From: an uncultured Candidatus Saccharibacteria bacterium
Lineage (GTDB): Bacteria > Patescibacteriota > Minisyncoccia > Phycocordibacterales > UBA9973
Direction of reading: 5' to 3'
Length of the DNA: 64,000 bases
Assembly: GCA_964646765.1 (NCBI GenBank)
Contig: CAZYIA010000002.1
Coordinates: 208,735-272,734, forward strand
Each line of letters starts with the position of its first letter. Position 1 is the first letter of the stretch. The notes beneath the pieces were generated by a model. It saw only the letters and a program-made list of their open reading frames with translations, made no database searches and was not told the DNA's origin. Made by a program: the position numbers and the translations under genes. Of the stretch, positions 19,489 through 29,900 are shown one piece after another.

Positions 19489-20409
19489 ATGACCATACTT
19501 GATTTAAAACGCATCATTCGCTCGGGTACTACAAACTTCCGCCGAAACGGGATTGTTTCTATTGCTTCGTCGCTTGTGATGACTATTACGCTTTCAGTTA
19601 TTACAGGTCTTATTCTTCTCTCCGCAGTCCTTCACGCTTCTATTGTTACTATTCAGAATAAGGTGGATGTGGTGGTGTACTTCACAACCAATGCCACTGA
19701 GGATAAAATTTTCACTATTAAAGGTGCACTTGAAAAACTACCTGAAGTTTCGCGTATTACGTACGTCACTGCTGATGAAGCTCTCGCTAACTTCCGCGAA
19801 AAGTATAAAAATGACTACCTTACCATTCAAGCTCTCGACGAGCTCGGGGCAAATCCGCTTGGTGCTCGCTTAGAAGTGAAAGCTAAGGAGCCATCACAGT
19901 ACGAAAGCATTGTTAAACTTCTTGAAAGTAACGCCTCACTTGGCGATGCAACGAGCGCTATAGATAAAATTAACTACTATCAGAACAAAGAAGTAATTGA
20001 TTCTCTTAATCGTATTGCTAGTGGAGCAAAAACACTCGGTTTTGCGATTACCTTGGTGCTTATTCTTATTACGATTGCCATTACCTTTAATACCGTTCGT
20101 CTCACGATGCACTTTGCCCGAGAAGAAATTGGGGTTATGCGTTTAGTGGGAGCAGAAAATCGTTACATTCGAGGACCATTTATGGTAGAGGGTATTATCT
20201 ATGGCTTAATTGGTACGCTCATCAGTCTTATTATTTATTTCCCAACTACGTACTATATTGGCAAGAACATGACTGAATTCCTGGGGGTAAACCTCTGGAA
20301 TTACTACCTCGACAATATTCTCCAAATTGGTACTATAGCTCTTGTCTCGGGGGCACTTCTTGGAGCGATCTCAGCGGGTATTGCAATCCGTAAGTATCTT
20401 CGAAAATAA
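19489..20409 (+). CDS. ftsX: Cell-division permease FtsX
   Basis: 306 aa. N-terminal TM, periplasmic domain, then 3 C-terminal TM helices (FtsX-like permease topology). Coupled to ftsE. Confidence 0.8.
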   Translation: MTILDLKRIIRSGTTNFRRNGIVSIASSLVMTITLSVITGLILLSAVLHASIVTIQNKVDVVVYFTTNATEDKIFTIKGALEKLPEVSRITYVTADEALANFREKYKNDYLTIQALDELGANPLGARLEVKAKEPSQYESIVKLLESNASLGDATSAIDKINYYQNKEVIDSLNRIASGAKTLGFAITLVLILITIAITFNTVRLTMHFAREEIGVMRLVGAENRYIRGPFMVEGIIYGLIGTLISLIIYFPTTYYIGKNMTEFLGVNLWNYYLDNILQIGTIALVSGALLGAISAGIAIRKYLRK

Positions 20410-20417
20410 TTTTAAGT

Positions 20418-22079
20418 ATGGCCAAACAACCAACCGATCCTAAATACATTTTTGTCGTTGGCGGCGTCATCTCTGGCGTTGGTAAAGGAGTGGCCTCCTC
20501 TTCAATTGCGAAACTGCTTCAAGACCGTGATCTCACGGTTACGGCAATCAAAATCGACCCGTACATCAACGTAGATGCGGGTACTATGAACCCCACCGAA
20601 CACGGTGAGGTTTTCGTTTTGAATGATGGCGACGAAACTGACCAGGACATGGGAAACTACGAACGTTTCTTAAACATAAATCTTACTCGCACCAATTACA
20701 TGACCACCGGTCGTGTATATCTCTCTGTCATTGAACGCGAACGTGCTCTTGCCTATAAAGGAAAATGTGTAGAGGTGGTACCGCATATCCCAATGGAAGT
20801 AATTAGCCGCATTGAAGGTGCCCAAAAAGAAGCAAATGCTGACGTGGTAGTTATCGAAATTGGGGGCACCATTGGTGAATACCAAAATATGCTCTTCCTT
20901 GAAGCTGCTCGCATGATGAAGATCAAAAATCCCAAGAGTGTTTTCTTCGTCATGGTTTCGTATCTTCCCGTGCCAGGTACCATCGGCGAAATGAAAACTA
21001 AGCCGACCCAAATGGCGGTGCGTGCAATGAATGCTTCAGGTATTCAGCCAGATATCATTATTGCTCGCGGTAAGCAGCCAATGGATGAAAAGCGTAAAGA
21101 AAAACTCGCTTTTATGTGTAACATCTCGGGTGATCGAGTGATTTCTGCTCCTGACGTTTCAAGTATTTACGATGTGCCGGGTAACTTTGCTCGTGAAGGT
21201 CTCGATACTTTATTGTGTGACATTATGGGCACAACCTGTTCCAGTACTGAACTTCCAACAGCAAAAGCATGGCGTGCTTTTACTAAAAAAGTTGGAAGTG
21301 CAACCGATGAAGTACATATTGCGGTTATTGGTAAGTACTTCGAAACAGGGGAATACCTTCTTTCTGATGCATACCTTTCCGTTATCGAAGCAATTAAATA
21401 CAGTGCATACTCTCAGAGTAAAAAACCAGTGCTTGATTGGCTGAATGCACTCGATTTCGAAAAGGATCCAAAGAAAGTAAAAGATCTGAAAAAGTATGAT
21501 GGCATCATTGTTCCTGGAGGATTCGGTTCACGTGGGGTAGAAGGAAAAATCAATGTTATTCGTTTTGCTCGCGAAAACAAAATTCCATACTTTGGCTTGT
21601 GCTACGGTATGCAGCTTGCGGTTATCGAGTTCTCTCGCAATGTTGTAGGTCTTAAAGGTGCTCACACAACCGAAGTTGACGCAAAGACACCATACCCAGT
21701 TATCGATATCATTGAAAGCCAGAAAGAAAACATCGCACATAGCCGTTATGGAAATACGATGCGTCTTGGTGAATACAAAGCAATTCTTAAAGAGGGAACC
21801 ATCGCTCGTAAAGCCTATGGAGCAAAAGAAGTCATGGAGCGTCACCGTCACCGCTACGAAGTGAATCCAAATTTCATTAAAGATATTGAAGCGAAAGGTC
21901 TCGTATTCTCTGGTCGCTCACCAGATTCGGTACTAATGGAAATTGCAGAACTTCCAAAGAAAGAACACCCATTCTTCGTTGGGACTCAATTCCACCCAGA
22001 ATTTCTTGCTCGTCCGCTTCGTCCACATCCTCTGTTCTCAGCTTTTATTAAAGCGACAATTGAGCAAAAGAAAAAATAG
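20418..22079 (+). CDS. pyrG: CTP synthase
   Basis: 'KYIFVVGGVISGVGKGVASSSIA' N-terminus. Synthetase and glutamine-amidotransferase domains with 'GLCYGMQ' catalytic Cys. 553 aa. Confidence 0.95.
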   Translation: MAKQPTDPKYIFVVGGVISGVGKGVASSSIAKLLQDRDLTVTAIKIDPYINVDAGTMNPTEHGEVFVLNDGDETDQDMGNYERFLNINLTRTNYMTTGRVYLSVIERERALAYKGKCVEVVPHIPMEVISRIEGAQKEANADVVVIEIGGTIGEYQNMLFLEAARMMKIKNPKSVFFVMVSYLPVPGTIGEMKTKPTQMAVRAMNASGIQPDIIIARGKQPMDEKRKEKLAFMCNISGDRVISAPDVSSIYDVPGNFAREGLDTLLCDIMGTTCSSTELPTAKAWRAFTKKVGSATDEVHIAVIGKYFETGEYLLSDAYLSVIEAIKYSAYSQSKKPVLDWLNALDFEKDPKKVKDLKKYDGIIVPGGFGSRGVEGKINVIRFARENKIPYFGLCYGMQLAVIEFSRNVVGLKGAHTTEVDAKTPYPVIDIIESQKENIAHSRYGNTMRLGEYKAILKEGTIARKAYGAKEVMERHRHRYEVNPNFIKDIEAKGLVFSGRSPDSVLMEIAELPKKEHPFFVGTQFHPEFLARPLRPHPLFSAFIKATIEQKKK

Positions 22080-22085
22080 TTTTGT

Positions 22086-22694
22086 ATGACGCTCCACGCA
22101 GCTTTAGGAGCCCTTGCTGTCACTATCGGATTTGTAAGTTACATTCCGTATTTTCGGAATATGTTTGCGGGACGTACTAAGCCCCATGTATTTTCTTGGG
22201 TTATTTGGGCAGTTCTTGGAGCGATTGTTGCTGGTATTCAATTACAAAATGGAGCAGGTCCAGGAGCTTGGGCATCAGCGGCTTCAGCCCTCCTCGCAGG
22301 AGGTGTTGCTCTGTATGCGCTTAGGTATCGTGATACTACGATTAAACCAATCGACTGGGTTTATTTTGGAGGTGCCACCATCTCTCTTATTTTATGGCTC
22401 GTAGTAGAAAATCCACTACTTGCGATTATTTTCGTTGTCCTGACCGATGGCTTTGCATTTGCATCAACATTTCGAAAAACTTGGAGTACCCCATTTGATG
22501 AAACACTTTCTGTCTACTATCTTTCCGCTATCAAATTTTGTGTCGCACTTTTTGCTCTAAAAACAGTTACTCTCGTGACCGCTCTTGATCCTCTCTATTT
22601 GGTAATCGCGAACGTCTCTTTTACTCTATTTACTCTTATTCGCCGAAGAGTCCTTGGGCGCACGCACTCAATTGCCCTTGAGAGGGAACTATGA
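22086..22694 (+). CDS. Hypothetical integral membrane protein (about 6 TM)
   Basis: Hydrophobic 202-aa ORF. No recognised motif. Confidence 0.4.
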   Translation: MTLHAALGALAVTIGFVSYIPYFRNMFAGRTKPHVFSWVIWAVLGAIVAGIQLQNGAGPGAWASAASALLAGGVALYALRYRDTTIKPIDWVYFGGATISLILWLVVENPLLAIIFVVLTDGFAFASTFRKTWSTPFDETLSVYYLSAIKFCVALFALKTVTLVTALDPLYLVIANVSFTLFTLIRRRVLGRTHSIALEREL

Positions 22695-22695
22695 T

Positions 22696-22732
22696 ATAGT
22701 TAGCTTACCTAACTATTAGGTAAGCTAACTAT
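22696..22732. promoter_or_regulatory. Perfect 16-bp inverted repeat, putative MarR operator
   Basis: 'ATAGTTAGCTTACCTA-actat-TAGGTAAGCTAACTAT' ends 1 nt before the MarR ATG at 22733. Confidence 0.5.
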
Positions 22733-23152
22733 ATGGCACCTCCATCTCCTCATATCATTCTCGAAGACCTCTTGCTTGCTTTCCGGCGAAAAATTATGGA
22801 AGTGTGTAAGCGGGAAAGTTTCTACCATGAACTTACTCTTTCTCAGAGTGAGATACTCCGGTTCCTTGATGGAGAGGAGAAAACAGTGAAGCAGGTAGCA
22901 GAATATTTAAAAATTACTCCACCATCAGCATCTGCAATGATTGCTGAAATGGAAAAGAAGGGATTCATAGAAAGGGAAGAGAATATTCATGATCGTCGTA
23001 GTAGCTGTATCAGAGCAACTCCAAAGGCCCTCAAACTTCTTTCTATGATATCGAGACAGAAACAGAAAATTCTCCACGGCATGCTCTCGAAACTCTCGTC
23101 GAAGGATAAACAGTCACTTGAACGCATTATTACCGTTTTAATTAAAGATTAG
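22733..23152 (+). CDS. MarR-family transcriptional regulator
   Basis: wHTH '...LSQSEILRFLDGEEKTVKQVAEYLKITPPSASAMIAEMEKKGFIEREENIHDRRS'. 139 aa. Heads an efflux operon. Confidence 0.8.
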   Translation: MAPPSPHIILEDLLLAFRRKIMEVCKRESFYHELTLSQSEILRFLDGEEKTVKQVAEYLKITPPSASAMIAEMEKKGFIEREENIHDRRSSCIRATPKALKLLSMISRQKQKILHGMLSKLSSKDKQSLERIITVLIKD

Positions 23153-23155
23153 CGT

Positions 23156-24409
23156 ATGAAGCAAAAAGTTATCGCATTTTTTAATAGACCACATCATGTA
23201 CTCACTATTACTTTGGTGATTGCTTTGGTTATAGGTGTTATTGGTTATTTAAAAATTCACAAAGCTCCAACATACCAATTTGTTTCTGCACATTCCGGTA
23301 CTATTGCTGGTGACCCAACTGGTGCGCCTAAAAATTTAACTCTCGGTTTTGTATCCGGTGGGCGAATTAAGTCTGTGCTAGTAAAAGTTGGTGACTCAGT
23401 AAAGAGTGGGCAAACACTCGCCACTCTCGACGCTGGAAATGCTCTCGGTGCCGTGACTCAAGCGCAGGCAGCCTATGTAAGTGCGCAAGCAAATTATGAC
23501 AAAGTAATTAATGGTGCAACAGGAACTGCCATTGATGTTGCAAAAGCCGCAGTTAACACCGCTCTAGTTAATCTTGATGAAACGACTAAGCAGCAAAATA
23601 TCTTAGTAGATAATGCGCACCGAAATCTTCTTAACTCAACGCTTGAAGCGCGTTCTACTACGAACTCGGATGTAAAGCCGCCAACGCTTTCTGGTTCATA
23701 TCATAAAAATCAGGAAGGATCACTAACTCTTTCGGTGTATTTAGCTTCGAATGGTTCATATTTTTCAATTGCCGGGCTCGCACAGGGGAGTGGTTTAGTG
23801 AGTACGATTCCACAACCAATTGCTGACACGGGTCTTTCTATCTCGTTTCCAGAAAGCACCGACTATGGAGGTACAGTTTGGACCATTGATATTCCAAACA
23901 CTAAAGCGTCTAACTATGTAACTAACTACAACGCGTACCAAGCTGCTCTCCAGACCAAAAGCCAAGCAATTGCAGCGGCACAAGCTACTCTCTCACAAGC
24001 ACAGGCATCACTCGCCGCTGTGGCTTCAGCTGCTCGCCCGGAAGATGTTGCAGCTGCACAAGCGCAAGTAGAAAATGCTAAGGGGGCGCTCCAAATTGCT
24101 CAGGCGGCTTACCAAAATACCATTATCACTGCTCCAGCTGACGGAACTGTTACTGCCGTTTCTATTACTCCAGGACAAATCACCGCAGCCAATTCTCCAG
24201 CGATCGAATTTTTGGCAAAAAGCACAACAAAAGAAGTTGCGATACTTATTCCAACATCCGCACTTATTCCAAAAAACGGAAAGTATTTTGTTGAAAAGAA
24301 AAATGGAGATACGGTTATCGAACAAGAAGTAATAATCGGTGTTGAAGATGATCACAATGTTGAAATTATTTCTGGATTACAAGCTAACGACGAAGTAGTC
24401 GTTCACTAA
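23156..24409 (+). CDS. HlyD/EmrA-family membrane-fusion (periplasmic adaptor) protein
   Basis: N-terminal TM. Biotin-lipoyl-like 'GRIKSVLVKVGDSVKSGQTLATLD'. Long Ala/Gln coiled-coil. C-terminal beta-barrel. Confidence 0.65.
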   Translation: MKQKVIAFFNRPHHVLTITLVIALVIGVIGYLKIHKAPTYQFVSAHSGTIAGDPTGAPKNLTLGFVSGGRIKSVLVKVGDSVKSGQTLATLDAGNALGAVTQAQAAYVSAQANYDKVINGATGTAIDVAKAAVNTALVNLDETTKQQNILVDNAHRNLLNSTLEARSTTNSDVKPPTLSGSYHKNQEGSLTLSVYLASNGSYFSIAGLAQGSGLVSTIPQPIADTGLSISFPESTDYGGTVWTIDIPNTKASNYVTNYNAYQAALQTKSQAIAAAQATLSQAQASLAAVASAARPEDVAAAQAQVENAKGALQIAQAAYQNTIITAPADGTVTAVSITPGQITAANSPAIEFLAKSTTKEVAILIPTSALIPKNGKYFVEKKNGDTVIEQEVIIGVEDDHNVEIISGLQANDEVVVH

Positions 24410-24419
24410 TAAAAATAGT

Positions 24420-25061
24420 ATGGAACAAAACCAACCAAAACAAAGTATCACGAAAGAAAAGCCCTGGATCGTTAGCCTTCTCGGTATTTTTGTCATCGGT
24501 GGCGCACTCTTCGGTTTTCTCTATTGGCAGAGTCACATGAATACAGTGGCTATTAAGGATGCCTTTCTCGAAGCCCCAGTTATTGCACTGTCACCGATAG
24601 CACCAGGAATTTTAAATGCGGTATATGTACATCCGGGCGACACTGTTCCTGCAAATGCACAAATTGCCAGTGTTGGTACAAGTATTTTAGCTACGAAAGA
24701 AGCGGGCATTGTCGCAAGTGTTTCAGAAAATCTTGGATCATATTTTGCTCCTGGTCAGACAGTCGCAACAGTTGTTGCTGTTTCAGAAATGAAAGTTGTT
24801 GGTGCAATTGAAGAAACAAAAGGACTTAAAGATCTGAGTATTGGTCAGCGGGCCACGTTCACGGTGGATGCATTTCCAGGTAAGAAATATGAAGGTACGG
24901 TTTCGGAAATTGCCGCTTCTGCGAATGATACGAGTGCCGTGTTTACTATTTCTGATAAACGCCCAATTCAACGCTTTAATGTGAAAGTACAATTTAATAG
25001 TGCAGAGTACCCAGAACTTAAAAATGGGATGTCAGCAAAAATTACTGTTCACATCAAGTAA
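24420..25061 (+). CDS. Second HlyD-like adaptor protein (short)
   Basis: N-terminal TM and lipoyl-like hairpin 'GILNAVYVHPGDTVPANAQIASV...'. 213 aa. Confidence 0.55.
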   Translation: MEQNQPKQSITKEKPWIVSLLGIFVIGGALFGFLYWQSHMNTVAIKDAFLEAPVIALSPIAPGILNAVYVHPGDTVPANAQIASVGTSILATKEAGIVASVSENLGSYFAPGQTVATVVAVSEMKVVGAIEETKGLKDLSIGQRATFTVDAFPGKKYEGTVSEIAASANDTSAVFTISDKRPIQRFNVKVQFNSAEYPELKNGMSAKITVHIK

Positions 25062-25064
25062 CCT

Positions 25065-26543
25065 ATGGAGGATAAAGGGAGTCTTAAATGGTGGATACTG
25101 CTTACGGTTATTGTCGGAACATTTTTAGGCCGACTCGATCAAACCATTGTTAACCTGGCACTTCCTGACATTATTAACGATTTTGGTATTAGTGTTTCTG
25201 CCGCGGGCTGGATTGCCACTGCCTATATTTTAGCGAACGCTATCTTCGTTCCTATCTGGGGCAAGCTGGGAGATACTATTGGCCGTAAGAAAGTCTATAT
25301 TTTAGGCTTCGCAATTTTTATCGTTGGATCAGTGCTCGCTGGTCTTGCTTGGAATTTAACTTCAATGATTATCTTTCGAGTTATCCAGGCAATTGCCGGT
25401 TCAGCTGACTATCCAACAGCTATGGCTATTCTTGCGGTAACCTTTAAAGAGGGAAAGGAACGAGCGCAAGCCCTTGGTATTTGGAGTTCTTCTTTTGCCG
25501 CGGCTGCTGTGTTCGGGCCACTCTTAGGCGGACCACTTATTGACCACTTCGGTTGGCGTTCCGTGTTTCTCATAAATCTTCCACTTGGGATCCTTGGTAT
25601 TTTTATGGCGCTCCAATTTATTCGTGAGTCAGTTGCTGATCGCGGAACTAAGTTCTTTGATTGGTGGGGAGCAATTACCCTGGGAATTTCTCTCTCAGCT
25701 TTAGTTCTTGTGCTTGATAAAGCGACTGACTGGGGATGGTTCTCAGTTGGTAGCCTCTTGTGCTATATGACCATGCTGGTCTTTCTGTGGATTTTCGTCA
25801 AAATTGAACAGCGGGTTCCAGAGCCGATCGTTGATCTTAAGTTCTTCAAAATTCCGGCATTTGTGAATGCTCTCGGCAATAACTTCCTTATTTTCGTTGG
25901 GATGATGGGAAGTATTTTCCTTTTGCCAATTTTTGCTCAAACATTTTTAGGCTATAACGCTACGCAAGCAGGATATCTCTTTATTCCAATGGCCGGAGCT
26001 TTAATGCTTGCTGCACCCATTGGTGGAGCACTAACTGGAAAAGTAGAATCGCGCTATGTTATTTTTGCGAGCACGCTCGTTGCGTCGATTGGAATCTACC
26101 TTTATTCGTTCATCGACCCAAAGTCAACTGCGCTCTCACTTATGATACCGCTTGCGATTATGGCCTTCGGTATGGGGTTTGGTATGGCACAGCGAACCAA
26201 TATTATTGCTTCAGTCGTTGATAAAAATGAAATTGGTATTGCCTCATCAATTCTTGCTCTTGTGCGAAATGTTGCCGGCGCTTTTGGTATCGCAGTATTC
26301 GGCACAATTTTAAATAGCACGATTAAAAATAATATTCTCCACATTACTAGTCTAAGTACTATTCATACTTCTTCACCTCAAGTATTGGGGGAGTATCGAG
26401 CACTTATTGCTCTTAAGGCTCAGGTGTCTGCGTACGGCCACGTATTCTTTATTGCGGCCCTTTTGGTGTTTGTTGGAGCCTTCCTCACTCTGCTTCTCAA
26501 GGTGGATAATGAAAAAACTGACGTGGTGGTTCATGTGGAGTAG
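25065..26543 (+). CDS. MFS transporter, DHA2/EmrB-like (14 TM) drug-efflux family
   Basis: 'LDQTIVNLALPDI' motif. 'GKLGDTIGRKKV' motif A-like loop. 492 aa. Downstream of MarR and the two adaptors. Confidence 0.8.
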   Translation: MEDKGSLKWWILLTVIVGTFLGRLDQTIVNLALPDIINDFGISVSAAGWIATAYILANAIFVPIWGKLGDTIGRKKVYILGFAIFIVGSVLAGLAWNLTSMIIFRVIQAIAGSADYPTAMAILAVTFKEGKERAQALGIWSSSFAAAAVFGPLLGGPLIDHFGWRSVFLINLPLGILGIFMALQFIRESVADRGTKFFDWWGAITLGISLSALVLVLDKATDWGWFSVGSLLCYMTMLVFLWIFVKIEQRVPEPIVDLKFFKIPAFVNALGNNFLIFVGMMGSIFLLPIFAQTFLGYNATQAGYLFIPMAGALMLAAPIGGALTGKVESRYVIFASTLVASIGIYLYSFIDPKSTALSLMIPLAIMAFGMGFGMAQRTNIIASVVDKNEIGIASSILALVRNVAGAFGIAVFGTILNSTIKNNILHITSLSTIHTSSPQVLGEYRALIALKAQVSAYGHVFFIAALLVFVGAFLTLLLKVDNEKTDVVVHVE

Positions 26544-26603
26544 AGCTAACAATATGAGTTGAAAAAAGCCTTATTTTAGGCTAAAGTAGCTCGGTATTGC
26601 TAT

Positions 26604-26677
26604 TGCGGGATCGTCTAATGGTAGGACACATGACTCTGAATCATGTTATCTAGGTTCGAGTCCTAGTCCCGCAGCCA
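26604..26677 (+). tRNA. tRNA-Gln(CUG) with encoded CCA
   Basis: U1:A72 acceptor 'TGCGGGA'/'TCCCGCA'. Discriminator G plus CCA, as in E. coli tRNA-Gln. Anticodon stem 'CATGA/TCATG' with loop 'CTCTGAA'. T-arm 'CTAGGTTCGAGTCCTAG'. Confidence 0.75.
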
Positions 26678-26713
26678 ACTTGAGCTAGCTCAAAGATAGC
26701 TAGTTTATAAACA

Positions 26714-26748
26714 AAAACACCTCTCAAATTTGAGAGGTGTTTTTGTTG
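26714..26748 (+). terminator. Rho-independent terminator after tRNA-Gln
   Basis: 'aaaaacacctctcaaatttgagaggtgtttttgttgttt'. Confidence 0.55.
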
Positions 26749-26783
26749 TTTTATATTACAACAAGATATGCTATAATCTTTGT

Positions 26784-26990
26784 ATGAAAGATGATGCCAA
26801 AAAGTTGGGAGAAAATCTCAAAAAACTTAGGATCAAAAAAGATATTAGCCAAATAGAACTCGCTCGTATGTTGAGTGTTGATCGATCTTTTGTAAGCAAT
26901 ATCGAGAATGGAAAAAATAATCCAACTCTTTCAACCATTACTAGCTTAGCCAAGGCGTTAGGTGTTTCAACTAACGAACTTTTAAAATAA
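26784..26990 (+). CDS. XRE-family HTH regulator (controller/C-protein-like)
   Basis: 68 aa. 'LKKLRIKKDISQIELARMLSVDRSFVSNIENGKNNPTLSTITSLAKALGVSTNEL' is an HTH_3. TATAAT at 26772-26777 lies 6 nt upstream of the ATG (leaderless-type). Stop is 1 nt before the next start. Confidence 0.7.
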   Translation: MKDDAKKLGENLKKLRIKKDISQIELARMLSVDRSFVSNIENGKNNPTLSTITSLAKALGVSTNELLK

Positions 26991-26991
26991 T

Positions 26992-29900
26992 ATGTCGTCA
27001 TCAATAACAAACACCGGTGATAATACGCTTTCGTCAAACTTAAAGAGCATTTTGCCTAATTGCGACAAGGTAGACGCTTTGGTTGGATATTTTTACTTTT
27101 CTGGCTTTCGAGATTTGCATAATGAACTAAAAGATAAGCAAATAAGAATTTTGGTTGGAATGGATATTGATAAGAAAATTATTGATAAAGTTTCAACTCT
27201 AAAAGATCTAAACCTAGACTCATATACAACAGACACAAAAACATCTTCTCGCTCTATTGCAAAAGATGATTACATTGAGAACTTTTCAAGAATTTTTAAT
27301 GATACAGATTTCTTTGATAACGACGAATCACAGAAAGCTTTTGAAATATTTTTAGATAAAATTAAAGACGGTAGTTTGCAAATCAAGAAGACTGCACAAG
27401 CAAACCATTCAAAGTTCTATATTCTTCACAACAAGCCCGAGTTTTCAACTAATGGAATTACTCCAGGAATTGTAATTGAAGGTTCAAGCAACCTAACTTT
27501 TTCAGGATTGAAGGGTCAAGGAGAACACAATCGTATTTTAATGGAAAAACATTACTACGAGGATGATGTTAAGCGGTTTGAATCAGTATGGAATGACCCT
27601 GACAACATAGTTATCACTGATCTTGATTCAGCAGAAACTTTTATAAAAGAAGTAAAGGAAAAGATTTGGCTTTATGCTTTGCCAAATCCGCTTTTGATGT
27701 ATTACAAAGTACTAAATGAATACTTTGCTGTTACTGAAATAGAAAACATGAAGACCCCGAAACACATTACTGGGGGTAAATTTTCTGATCTTAAATATCA
27801 AAAAGATGCCATCAATCTAGGTATTGATCGTATTAAGAAGTTCGGAGGTGTAATCATTGCCGATGTGGTAGGTCTAGGAAAAAGTATTATTGCTTCTGCG
27901 ATTGCTCACAACCTTGGTTATAAAACAATCATTATTGCACCACCTCACCTCGAGAATCAGTGGAAAGATTACATGTCTGAATTTGATTTTAAAGGTTTTG
28001 TATATTCAACTGGGAAAATAGAAGAAGCATTACAACGACACGGCGATGACGAAGGTAAGCTTTTGGTTATATTAGACGAAGCCCACAAGCATCGAAATGA
28101 GGATACTGACAATTACAAAGTTCTGCACAGACTCTGTGCAGGTAACTATGTAATGGCTCTATCTGCAACTCCTTTCAATAACGATCCAAAAGATATTTAC
28201 GCCTTGATTAAGCTCTTTAGTACCCCAGGACAATCAACCATTAGAACAGTGGAAAACCTAAGTATGTCTTTCCACATGCTCTTTAAACGATATAAAGCTG
28301 TTCGTCGGGATCTACGAAAGAGTACAAAAGATGAATCAGATAACTCTGAAATTAAAGTCGAACTACATTCAATTGCAGATGAATTAAGAAAAATGATTGA
28401 GCCGTTGATTATTCGAAGATCACGACTTGATTTGGAAGAGATCGAAGAATACAAAGAAGACTTGAAAGCTCAAGGTGTTGCTTTTGCAAAAGTGAAGGAT
28501 CCACAACTATTGGAGTACGATCTTGGTGATATGTTTGACCTCTATGTAAGTACACTCGAAAAAATTGCTCCAGAAGATAGAAGCACTAGTTTTATTGGTG
28601 CGCGATACAAGCCTGCTTCTTACATTAATCAGGGTTCAAAATTCCTTGAAAAATTGATTGAGCAAGATGACGAAGATGGAATGTCTGCGGAAGAAAAACT
28701 ACAGCGTATTCAACAAGGACAAAGCAACCTTGCTCGATTCATGCGAAGACTCCTTGTTCGACGCTTTGAAAGTTCTGTTGGAGCATTCAAGTTGTCATTG
28801 AAAAATATGATTACTTCTTCTGAAGCAATGCTTGATTGGTATGAGAATCGCCAGGAAGTTCCTATATTTAAAAAAGGTGTGTTGCCAGACGCGGAATATC
28901 TCAGTGAACTTGATGAAAAAGAATTAGAAGAAACCCTAAACAGACTTGAAGACAAGGGTCTTATTAGAATTCCATTAAGTGAATTACAACCTCAGTTTGG
29001 AGATCATTTAAGACACGATATTGCTCTTCTAAAAGAGATTGATTCAGATTGGTCTGATAAAACTAGTGATCCAAAGTTTGAATTCTTTAAACAAAAAATT
29101 ACTCAATCTTTAACAGAAAATCCAAACAGAAAAATTGTTGTATTTACAGAGTTCTCCGACACCGCAAACTATGTATTCCAAAAATTACAAAAAGACGGAT
29201 TTAATCGTGTATTTAAATACAGTTCAGAAGATGCTTCTGATGAAAATAAGAAAATAATCAGATCAAACTTTGATGCTGGACTTGAAGAAGCAAAACAGTC
29301 TAATGACTTCGATATCATTATTGCCACTGATGCAATTTCCGAAGGGTTCAACTTGCATAGAGCAGGAGCAATCATAAACTACGATATTCCATATAACCCA
29401 ACTCGTGTTATTCAACGTGTTGGTCGTATCAACCGTATCAACAGAAAAGTTTTTGATGAATTGTATATTTATAACTTCTTCCCAACACTTACCGGAGAGC
29501 TTGAAACTCGAACAAAAGCAATCTCAACTCTTAAAATGGATTTGATCCATACACTTTTGGGCGAGGACACAAAAACTCTTACATCAGAAGAAGACTTAAA
29601 GAACTACTTTGCAAAGCAATACAAAGAAGAAAATAGTAAAAATGAAAGTTTATCTTGGGACGCTCCATACCGAAATACATGGCTCAAGATCAAGGATGAT
29701 AAAAAGATCATGGAACAAATATCACGAATACCGCATCGTTCAAGAATTGCTCGAAATACCAAAGATATTAACGGTGTAGTTGCATTTGCAAAGAAGAGCG
29801 GAAACTATGTATTTGCATTTGGAAATACTCCTGAAACAGTTCAAATTGTATCTCCACAAGTTGCACTTCCTTTGTTTAATCAAGTTGTAGATTCAGAGGA

